DNA of 63,657 nucleotides, the filler included. It is 16 parts of 16 records of this genome, joined end to end, with 100 filler letters (N's around TTAATTAATTAA, not from the genome) between each part and the next. Parts side by side here need not be neighbours in the genome. Positions count along the whole stretch, not along the records: positions 43,864 to 49,638 come from SRR15195285_20728; positions 49,739 to 53,047 come from SRR15195285_20769; positions 53,148 to 56,159 come from SRR15195285_21153; positions 56,260 to 59,478 come from SRR15195285_21156; 12 more parts are not named here. One strand, written 5' to 3'. Position numbers and translations under genes: made by a program. This document shows positions 46,801 to 56,868 of the stretch, in pieces; position 1 is the first letter of the stretch, and the number at the start of each line of letters is the position of its first letter. Below the pieces are notes generated by a model that saw nothing but the letters and a program-made list of their open reading frames with translations, did not search any database and was not told the origin of the DNA.

Positions 46801-49638
46801 CAAGCCGAAGAACGTGGCTTGGTATGATGGTTGGCCAATTGAAGTCGTACGACAACCGCTTACATTCCTATCGAGGCACGAAAAGTACTTCGTGCGGCTA
46901 TTCGGTCGGCGGATGAAGCCCATACTTGCGCATATGGAAGCTCAAACGTCATTAGATGAAGCGATGGAAAGGAAAGAGCGCGAGTGGGCGATGGAATCAT
47001 CCATCAATGCTGTGCTTCTATCTCCTCAAAGTGATGAAAAATTGAGGCGACTTCATAAAACAGCGATGGCTCAGCCAGAGCAGGGCGTTCCTGTACAAGA
47101 TTGGGGTTTACGTACCAAAGGCGCCCGGGCTAATGGCATCGTTCTCGACTATGAAACTGTGAAGGTTTACGTGGATGGTAGCCGTGAAATGTACGATGCT
47201 ATGGACGAAGACAGGCTGCGGTCTCTGTGCAAGAACAATCATATTCCTACGTCGGAGAAAACGCCAGGACGGCTGCTGAAATCTGAGAAGGTCAGAGACT
47301 TGACAAAGAGTGAGCTTGTGGACCAACTCGTCAAAAAATCGGCTGATACAGGGCAAGTCATCACGCCTTTTGCGTCTAGGGTTCAGTTTTGTGTGGCTCA
47401 TAAACACGACGAAGATCGTAGAGTGCACCTACAACAGTGTCCAGTGTGCACCCAAGCCTCTGTTCCAACTTTCGGCGATCCTCGTGACGGGATAGCTCGA
47501 TTCTGCGCGCAACACAAACATCAAGATCATGTAGATGTCCGGAAGAAGAAATGCGAGATGGAAAATTGCTCTGCGAACGCTGAATACGGCCACGTGTGCA
47601 TGCACCCTTGCCCATTTCCGTTGGCCAACGCGTGTGGGGGCTACAGGAGATGGTACTATGAAACTAAAGTGACTGCGCAGCTCGTCGGCCACGTCGATGG
47701 AGACTGGCATCCCGGACACTTTCGATGCGAAGCAAAGTTGAAAAAAGACCCGAAAAGATGGGATGCAACAATTCCATTACGTCTTGACAAAGAGGAAGCC
47801 TGGATGCCGTATGCGATCTGTTGGACAGTCAGCTTGGTTTGCGGCGTAAGCTTTGGTGTCTTTTTGTGGATGGCATTTGCGAGTTCGATTTCAATTCAAT
47901 GTGGACCACAGACCTGTGACGTGTATCGCTGTGACACGTCGCTTGAGGTGCTCACTGAAAATGATAGTGGTACAAATATCACGTCCACCTTGACACCAGT
48001 ATATGAAACGACTGCAGCTACATTGTCAGCAAATCAGTCCGATACCCCCGCCAGCTCTGAGACGCAACTCCGTTTGGAGTCAGCTACCGGGTCCTTAGGT
48101 GTCGCCGGTGGTCAGCTCGACACCCGATCATTAAACTACAGCTGCAGCAGGCCAAATCCACGTCAGGTGGCTGCAAAATTTGTTCCACTGAGTCATGAAG
48201 GGCTGGATCCGTGGCGCTGCGAGTCGCAGTTTGCCACAGTTGCTTTTGACTTTTCTGGTGCCGATGAGCAGCTGTCGATTCAAAGCTTTGCTGTCAAGGG
48301 AGTCGTTTGCTCACCTGGCTACGAGGGCGCTCCGATCGTGACTGCCTGCACCGATGATGGCGAGGCATATGCAGTCGTTGGATGCGTTGGTGAGTGGTGC
48401 CAGTGGTGGCGGCACGCCTGGGTGTTCATCTTTACGACGTGCATGTTGAGAGTGCTAGTATTGACAGTACTGCACCTACGAAGTCGCAGTGCCTCTCCAT
48501 CACGGGCGCACCGCATGATTCGGCGCGTACAGCTCGGCTGGACGTACCGTGAGATGTTTTCAAACTCGCTGCGCAGTGCTGCCGAAGCCGTACAGCAAAT
48601 CTCCGGCGAGAGCAGTGCATTCTGTTCAATCACGCGGCAGGGACAGATTGCACGACTGTGGCCCCATGCACGCTTGGCCATCACGTACTTCCAGCTCCTT
48701 GCTATGTTGCCCGTCATTCTTCAGTGGGATCACGGCTACTATTTCCCTTTTGTAGCGTCAGTGCAGAGTGCGTCGGCGCAACTACTTGACCCGTTTGCGG
48801 TCATCGAGTGCCATCTACCAGAGTACGGTTCAGCACCACGTGTCATTTTCCCGATTGTTTTCGTGGCATGCTCTATGACGTGGATGTTGTGGGACGGTTT
48901 TACACTCAACCATCAAGATACTGCCAACCGGCTGATCGTCGAGCGTGTGCTAGGAATGTCCAGCCCGAACGGCGCTACCCTCTCGCCAGCTGATACTGAG
49001 ACCATGTTCGACGCCTTTACGCGCCTTCATCGCACTTTCCCGAAGATCCAAGCCACGACGAATAAGTTTTGGGTGTCACGAACCGACTGCGCAAAAGGCC
49101 AAGTCGTGCTCGTGCTGGACGAAGCAGCGTGGAAGGCCGTACGGGATTCGGATGATCCCAGTTCCAGGCAGCCGGGAGAAACTCTTTTGAAGCAAGCCCT
49201 CGAAGAGATTCGAGACAGCTTTTTCAACGAGGGTTTCAGGGCCATGCGAGGGGATACAAAACGAGCACACACTTGGGGCAAGCACTTGGGTATGCGCACT
49301 GCGTTTGATGTCAACAAATCGTTTGGATCAACATCTCCGTCATACTTGGTAACATTTCATCAGCTCATGCCAGCTCTACGCGAACGCGTGTGGAGTAACA
49401 ACGAACTCATGGCACGAGGTGATGACTTTCTGTTTGCGAAGCGAGAAGAGCGACTGGCCCGGGTTCGACTGTACGAGGAAGCCAACAGCTCAAGGTTGAG
49501 ACACGGCCTGTTGCGGCATGACTACCACGTCATGCTCGGTGGATGGGCTCTTCCAAAAATTCGTGAAATTGCGATCGCAATGTTGGATCAGCACCGGAAC
49601 CAGACCGAGGGTGCAGTCACCCGAAGGGTATCCATATT
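43864..49638 (+). CDS. Giant mosaic membrane protein: degenerate Hsp90 N-domain, voltage-sensor-like domain, EsV-1-7-like repeats, further TM regions; open at both ends
   Basis: Uninterrupted ORF of about 1925 codons. Hsp90-like LREV, MDTGLGM, LIGHVSMGFW, AEKVTVVT, GRGTKIVLNL. S2-S4-like FVVETLVKI, NNRLDFV, LLRLLRV. Cys/His motif FCAQHK...VDVRKKKCE. Confidence 0.8.
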
Positions 49639-50342
49639 NNNNNNNNNNNNNNNNNNNNNNNNNNNNNNNNNNNNNNNNNNNNTTAATTAATTAANNNNNN
49701 NNNNNNNNNNNNNNNNNNNNNNNNNNNNNNNNNNNNNNCCCTCCTCCGGGCAAAGCCCATCAACAGAATCTAACCAAACACACATACACACACCAAAAAA
49801 AATATGTTGTAGCGTCGATGTCGTTGTGTGTGACAACACGCTCGAGCACAAGCCTCGGGTCTCTCAACGCCAACGTTGGCGAACGGTGCAGAGTGCAGAG
49901 TGCAGAGTACTGAATAGATCTGCCCCAACGAAATAGATCCAACGGGATCTACCTACAGACATTCTGAATATATATCTACCTCAATCTTGAGAGGCTAAGT
50001 ATACCTCACAAATATGCTATTTGACCAAAATATACAAGCACGCTGTATCAATCAAAACTTAAAAAAAAATGAGGGTAAATTACAGTCAACCCGTGCAGCC
50101 TGCAAAAACGTAATTGTACTGGTCGATGATGGGACGAGTGGTAGCAGTCACGCAGCGGACGCGGTGGCGGATGCAATGGAATATTTTGTAGAGGCGGTTG
50201 TAAGCAGGCAGGGCAATTTGCGCACGCCAACGGTGGGCAACCAGACCGCCGTTGTGATATGACTCGCGGGGCAGTTGTAGTGTAGATTAAAGTTACATAC
50301 ATTACAATTAAGTTTTTGCCTGGTTCTGATCTCTCTCTAAAG

Positions 50343-53047
50343 TTAGTGTAGCAGTGGGATACTGCCGATCCGGAGTGGCTGCGCCATGGTGTAGTCCCAA
50401 TCGATGCCCTTTTGCGCCTTACAGCTACAACCCGGCTTTGGTGCGCACGCTCGAACGGGGCTCACGCCGTTGTACAAATGAGTTGGTTGCCCACGGCCGT
50501 TGAAGAGCAGTTTTGGACGCTCACGCGTTGAGAAAATATGCGTGCTCCCGTCTTCGAATACCACCTCGTTCGTGTATGGAGATACGTTGGTAGTAAACCA
50601 CTCTTGACCATTGCGACTGAACATTTGGGCACTCACAAGCGGCGATTCGCATGCTCCGCAGGGCGTCGTTGAGTTGTATGCGTGGACGATCACATGCCAG
50701 TGGCCGCGGCCGTCAACGTAAAGGTAGGGATCTTCCCACACACCCATCCCCGTGCCCCCACACCGTTTCGGCCCACAGCCTTGGGGTACCCGGCCCCATT
50801 TCTCCCAGGGCCCCTCTAGCTTCGGCGCTTTCAATATGTCCCACCAGCCACTGCCGCACAGCAAATACCACGACTCATTGTGCCACAGCGGCGCCGGGTT
50901 GATGCATGTAAAATTGAGCATCACCTTCTGCCATGGGCCCACCGGATAGGCGGAGAAATGGACGGTCACATTCGGCCAATCACCCACGTGCTGCTGGGAT
51001 CTGGACACGGGCACCGACGGAGAGCAATTGACGAGTCCCCCTCCATTTGGAACACCATCCCCGATGTGGAACAGGACAAAGTTGGGCGGCGTGCCGTCCG
51101 AAAACGTTTGGAGCACCACTTCTGGGTTGTGAGCCCAGGGCGGCAATGCGACGTCGTGTTTCTGGAAGGGCCCCAACGGGGTGATGGCAGTAGCATGCAC
51201 AATTTGGCTGTTCGCACCCCACGCGGACAAGCCACAGCCATTGACAATCTCCGAGACGTAAAGGTGATACTCTCCTTCGAAAAACACGGCATTCCCGCCC
51301 CACGACGTGACATTGGGTGCCATTCCATACGCGCCAACTCGTGGCGCTGGCAGCACGTCAAGCTCGCCACAGGTCGGCCCTTTCCACGGCGTATCACACA
51401 CGCAGGCGCCTTCTTGCAGATCGCATACACCATTCAGAGTGCAGTTGAGGTCATCCGTGCAAACCACGGTCGCCGAGGTGCTGCCCATAGTGTGCCGCTC
51501 CATTTGGCCGTCGGTTTGGTAGGCATCGTCGTCAGTTTTGAGGGTGATGGCTGACGTCCAGCTTGAGCAGTCCAACTCCACCGTTGCTTTGCTCCACTGA
51601 CGTGTGAACTTGCCGCTGCCAGGCGCCGTCTCTGCGCAGACCCCTTGAGGCACTCCGTAGTCGGTCTTGAGGGCGGGTGGGAATGTGTAGTTTAGCGGCA
51701 GCAAGTGTGGACCACCGCGGCCGAAGTCGCCGATGCAGCTTATCCAGGAGTAGCCGAACCAGGCGAAAGGTCCACGAGCCAACAGGAAGGCGGCCAGCGA
51801 CTGCTCGAACGAGACGATGTACTTGAACGGCGGGTAGTCGTGATTGCGCTCAATTCCATAGAGCAGCGGTACGTGCTGCAGCGTCGAGTTTTCAACGCAC
51901 GCTGTCTCGCGGAACCATTTGGTACAACTTGCAGCATTGCCTTGCGCGAACGGTGGCCCCTGCAGCGTGCCGGAGTTGTAGAAGAGCTGCCAATTGAAGG
52001 CGCCTTGCTGGATGGTGTACTTCTGAACAGCTGCCATATTGGCCGCCCAACCAACCTGAATGTCCTTGACGTCGGCTGGTGAGAGGCCGGTGTCGTGGAC
52101 GCAGCCCGGATCGATCTCGCTGGGGCCACTGCCCCAGTCATCCTGCACACACAAGAGAGTGAGCCAGCAGTAGCAGGTCAATGAGCGAGGCCATGAGCGA
52201 CTGCGCACGTCTATGAATATACCGCTGATGTTTGGGTTGCCAATTCCTTCGGGGCCACCGATGTACGTGTGGACGAGCCAGTCCTGCAACATGGAACCAT
52301 TCCTGCAACAGACACGTGGGTGGGCACAAGCAAGACGAGTGCCAAGCATGCATCGGGTGTGGAAGTATCCATCCGTTGGGAACAACTTTACCTGTGGTCG
52401 AACACGTACTCTCCGCAAGGGATTGTGCCGCAGTCACATAGCTGGTCGCAGAATTGTGTCGGGTCCGGCTTTCCGTTGAAAGTGGGGTGAAACTTCATGA
52501 CACCGGGCGTGCAGGTCGGTGGCGGTTTGGCGACCGCGCAATACGCCTTGGCCTGGGGCGTCTGGCGTTGATCATGGTACAGATCGCTGCAGAGCTGCGT
52601 CTTGTTAGGCCGGTGCTCGTCGCAGTTTGGTGCCACCGCTGCGTGTGGCTGCGCCGCAGAGTCGAATTTCAGGAACCAGCCAGAGTATGCGGGGTCTTGG
52701 AGCTTCTCGCGCACGCTAGCGAGCCACGGCAGCGCCTTGACCAGGTTGCGGTACACGAAAAACTGTGTCTGTGGGTTCAGGGCCTTCAGCGCCGCGGCCT
52801 GCCAGACCATCAGCCCCGACGAGTCCATTGGGTGCTGATTCGCCCAAACCCCTTTCATGTGCGACCAGTCGATGTCCACTATCCCAAACTGCGAGAAAAA
52901 GGCGGGGTCGAGTGGGCCCGACGTGTTGCAGGGCATCACAATCGTGCTCAGGGACATGTTGTACGTCGGCGCCCACTTCGGCAGGGTGGGCACGTTGTGG
53001 CGCGGCAGCGGTGGCGTGGGTGCTGCTGCTGCTGCTGCTGCTGCTGC
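50343..53047 (-). CDS. Two-domain putative glycoside hydrolase: GHL15/GH168-like barrel, then EGF-like and GH43-like beta-propeller; 5' truncated
   Basis: Domain 1 has DWS, VYRNLVKALPW, GIFIDD, LAAFLLARGP.AW.GY.W and FTRQWSKATV.LDC. Linker LKTDD. Then C.LNG.C...C.C...W.G..C, SWGG, YHLYVSE, HNP, EDPYLY and RERPKL. Introns 52391-52303 and 52208-52143. Confidence 0.75.
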
Positions 53048-53521
53048 NNNNNNNNNNNNNNNNNNNNNNNNNNNNNNNNNNNNNNNNNNNNTTAATTAAT
53101 TAANNNNNNNNNNNNNNNNNNNNNNNNNNNNNNNNNNNNNNNNNNNNCGGGATTCTCTCTGATAATGTTAAGACCCTGACAGCAGAAGTGCCCGCGGCGC
53201 CGGCGCGCGCGGCCGGCCAACAACGAACATGCACGAGGGATCCCTACCTGGGTATACTGTAGTACTGTAAATATCATATGAATGGTAGGAATTCCTACAG
53301 CTGTAGTTCTACTGAATTTTCACTTCGCCGTCCCACGTGGCCGGAAACTGAAACTCTGGATGATCACGGAACCGACTACTCCGAGGTCGATTCTCATTCA
53401 TGTCACTTTTTCTGTTCACATTTTGTGGACGTCTAACCTGGTAAATAGTACCATTCTTGGATGTGCCCCGTTTAGGGTGTTGCGTCGCCATGCTGTCCTG
53501 AGAATCGACCTGGCGACGCAG

Positions 53522-55702
53522 ATGGCGTGGCGGCGCGTGGATGAGCCGCTGGTGCCAGCGATGGACGTGGCGCCCGGGGCAGCGAGGCGACGGGTGAGGC
53601 AGCGGGCGGCCGTGCAGCGCCGGCTGCAGGGCTTGGAGGGAGCCTGGGCGGAGACGGAAGAGGATTCGGCTGGGTTCGAGCGCTGGAGCACGGAGCAGCT
53701 GCGCGAGTTGCTCCATCGCCGCGGGGCGCCGCTGGAGTATGCGAAGCGAGTGGAGAGGGCGGAGCTCGTGGAGATGGTGCGCGGCAGCACTGGCAGCCCC
53801 GCAGCAGCAGCGGTGACGGCGGCGCCGCCGGGCGGCGACGGGCCGCGCTGCGTGCGCCGAGGTGCACGCGTGCGACTCGGCTCAATCGGGTGCTCCGGAC
53901 TCGACAACAGCTACTGCATGGCAGTTGTGGTGCTTGCAAAGGACGAGGCAGGCAGGTGGTGTGAGCTAGGATGCACGGAAATCGTGCGGGGCTCAGTGAA
54001 CCCGCGGTTCCGCGCCAGCTTCGATGTGAGCAACTGCGCGACCGCGGCGCTACGATTTGAGGTCATGAACGTCAGTCTGGACCCCGGCTTGCCGCCTCCT
54101 ACTGACTTGATCGGCCGCACCGCAGAGCTGCGCCTTTCTGACCTTGTAGCGAGCGAAGGACAGCTGAGCGCGGAGCTCTCCCGGCCCGGCAAGGCGGGTT
54201 GCGCTGGCAACCTGTCTGCAAGATTTGACCTTCTGCGCGGGTCGTGGAAGGATGCAATTCGTTCACCTGTACGCTCCTCAAGGGGATCCGAGCGTGCTGA
54301 CCGTGGTGACGTGCAAGAGCAGATGTGGCAAAACGCGTCAGCAGACTGGCGAAGACGGCGTGACCGAGATGAGTGGTGGGGCTATCACGCCCTGATGCCA
54401 CGAGTGTGGTCGAGCTGGTCCGCAACAGCAGATGGCTGGGACGCTGCTTCCATCGCAGATATGGCGGACAGTCACGCTGCCACCTTCCGCCACCTGCATG
54501 CAGATGCGCTGGGTATAAGCAGGGTAGAGCTCGCTTCGATTGCCCGAAGCATTCTTCAGGTGTGGAGGTACCATGATACAATAACAATGTCGAAGCCACG
54601 GACGCAGGATGACGTAGTCGAGCTGCTCGCGAAGTGGGTTGGTAGCGAGCGAATCGTCTGGGCTCGGGTCTGGAAGAAATACGCGAAAATCTACCCGGAT
54701 GCATTCCCACTGCCGCGCGATGATAACGCGGCGCTTGATCCTGCAAACGCAACAGCAGGTGGTCCCGAGAGTCTCGATCAGACTAGCGCTGCGCCTGCTG
54801 CCCCACGTGCGGAAAGCTCGGCGCGGGGCAAAAGGGAAGTGTCTGCAGACACCGCCAAGCTGCGCAGGGCGATGGTGGAGCAGCTGCTTGCCGAGCACCG
54901 ACGGCACATGGCTACAGTGCCGCACAAAGGCGGAGTTGATCACGTCGATCAGCTGGCGGAAAAGCTAGAGTTGTGGGGCAATGAGTTGGCCCGAACTGTA
55001 CGATCCAAAGAATTTTACAACCGATACGACCAGCTGCATGCAGCGGCGCACAATTTGGAGGAGGTGTCATCGAGTAGCACAGCAGCTCGCGTGGGGCCAA
55101 CTGTCATTTTTTTGCATAGAAATGGTGGTTCACCTCTTGTGCTTGGCCACGGGATCATTTTACGAATCGATCCATCGACAGTCCGACCAAAGGCGTTCGA
55201 TGGTATTGCATCGGGTAGCAAGATGGACGAGCTACTCGACCAGGCTACTCGGGCATTGAAGCTGCAGCTGTACGCGCGGAGATTGTTCCGTCCAGACGGT
55301 GAGTTCTTAAACAACCGTCTGCCGTCAACTTGCACCGATCCAGTTCTGAAGATTCGCTGCGTGCTCCCGGGTCGTTTGCCGACAGGAACACCTGTCACGA
55401 CAGTTGAACAGCTGCGACCGCGCCAGGACTATGTCGTGTCTGAGGGGACAGAGTTTCTCCCGCCGAAAGCCGTGTGTAGTAAGGCTGCGCCCAAGAAGAG
55501 CGGAATCCCTTCAGATGAGAGATCTCGGCTGCTTCGGAACGCTAAGCAAGAGTTGGTGTTCGGGCGAGGAGGTGCAGTTGGTGGCTCGCGTGATGGTGGT
55601 GATTGTGATTGGCATAGCGTGTTGCGAGGAGAGGTTTCACTGGAGAAGTGGCAACAACGACAGCAGCAGCTGCGTGGTCAGCGCCGGCGGAAGACGAGCT
55701 GA
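53522..55702 (+). CDS. C2-domain and doublecortin (DCX)-like domain protein
   Basis: Copine-type C2 (W.ELG.TE......NP.F, LRFEV, DLIG). DCX-like LLDQAT..L.L...ARRLF.PDG|TPV..VEQL...QDYVVS.G..F, restored by intron 55299-55385. Confidence 0.65.
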   Translation: MAWRRVDEPLVPAMDVAPGAARRRVRQRAAVQRRLQGLEGAWAETEEDSAGFERWSTEQLRELLHRRGAPLEYAKRVERAELVEMVRGSTGSPAAAAVTAAPPGGDGPRCVRRGARVRLGSIGCSGLDNSYCMAVVVLAKDEAGRWCELGCTEIVRGSVNPRFRASFDVSNCATAALRFEVMNVSLDPGLPPPTDLIGRTAELRLSDLVASEGQLSAELSRPGKAGCAGNLSARFDLLRGSWKDAIRSPVRSSRGSERADRGDVQEQMWQNASADWRRRRDRDEWWGYHALMPRVWSSWSATADGWDAASIADMADSHAATFRHLHADALGISRVELASIARSILQVWRYHDTITMSKPRTQDDVVELLAKWVGSERIVWARVWKKYAKIYPDAFPLPRDDNAALDPANATAGGPESLDQTSAAPAAPRAESSARGKREVSADTAKLRRAMVEQLLAEHRRHMATVPHKGGVDHVDQLAEKLELWGNELARTVRSKEFYNRYDQLHAAAHNLEEVSSSSTAARVGPTVIFLHRNGGSPLVLGHGIILRIDPSTVRPKAFDGIASGSKMDELLDQATRALKLQLYARRLFRPDGEFLNNRLPSTCTDPVLKIRCVLPGRLPTGTPVTTVEQLRPRQDYVVSEGTEFLPPKAVCSKAAPKKSGIPSDERSRLLRNAKQELVFGRGGAVGGSRDGGDCDWHSVLRGEVSLEKWQQRQQQLRGQRRRKTS

Positions 55703-55939
55703 CAACTACGATTCGATAAAATGGCTACTTCATGCCTCGGACAAACGACAGATCAGTCCAGTCCACCCCAGCCCATTGTTGCATCGAACCGCGTAGGTGC
55801 ACATAGTCTTTGGGTGATGCCTGCCACTGTTGCTGTTGCTGTTGCTGCTCTCGGCACCCTCGATTGCCTTCGCCCCGACCGGAGTGAGTTCGGCGCAAGC
55901 AGGCGCGGCTACAGCTACAACAGAGCTTTAGCCACGATT

Positions 55940-56159
55940 TCACGCAATCAGCTCTGCAGCTTCTTTTGCAGTGATTCGATCATCCTGCAGGATGCACCAC
56001 GAGTACGACAGGCAAAAGGCGTTCAGTCCCAAACATCAGGCTCGGGTAGCCAGAGCAGAAAGAAACATAAACGCCAAACAGCAGACGAGCAGCATGTGCA
56101 ACGCACCGGATCCCAGACAAGCATCCGCTCGACCACCGAGAAGAGATTCGAAAATGCCG
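55940..56159 (-). CDS. 3' end of a protein kinase gene (subdomain XI); absent from the ORF track
   Basis: Exon 56159-56107 (...VVERMLVWDP), intron 56106-55985 (GTGCGT..CAG), exon 55984-55940 (DDRITAKEAAELIA*), giving the ML..DP..R.TA.EA motif. Confidence 0.7.
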
Positions 56160-56868
56160 NNNNNNNNNNNNNNNNNNNNNNNNNNNNNNNNNNNNNNNNN
56201 NNNTTAATTAATTAANNNNNNNNNNNNNNNNNNNNNNNNNNNNNNNNNNNNNNNNNNNNGTATTGACTCAGGGTCACAGCTGCGGGGGAGTACCTGTCGG
56301 AGTAGATCTATTATGCTAGATCTAGTACCCGAATACAGTGTATACGGGCCCGGGGGATACCTATACCAAGGATACTCTAATACATACAGTGAATTCATGT
56401 TTTTTAAAAAATAAGCACGATGCTCAAGGATACTAGATCTAGTACATACAGTCATACACCCAGGCAACGAACGAAGGATCATCTCATGCGCGGCGCGCTG
56501 GCGATGGCCCGTGGCCGCCGGCAATCAGTGAATCAGAAGAACGGAATTTGCGCCGCGTCGGTCCACCGGAGCTCCGGAGGGTACGGTCGCGCGCACGCAG
56601 TCGTGGCCAATCCGCGCGCGACGCACGCACGCGCCGGCGCCACGGCAGCAGCTGCCAGCCTCGCGCCGATGGGACGGAGTTCCCTGCCAAGCGCGACAAC
56701 AACGAGCACCACGCATACAGGTATATCAGTGGTGCGCACTAGCAGCACGTCGAACAGCGGCACGGGCGGCGCACGCGTACGGATAGAAGCATCAGTCGAC
56801 ATCAGCAGCCAGCCGCGCGGCAGCGTAGGCCTGCAGAGCAGCAGCCGCAGCTGGTGCTGCAGAAGTAG

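Noticed and set aside
56740-56868. Possible TAG reassignment
   Set aside because: RPN5 ends at TAG at the expected position, and long ORFs contain no internal TAG.
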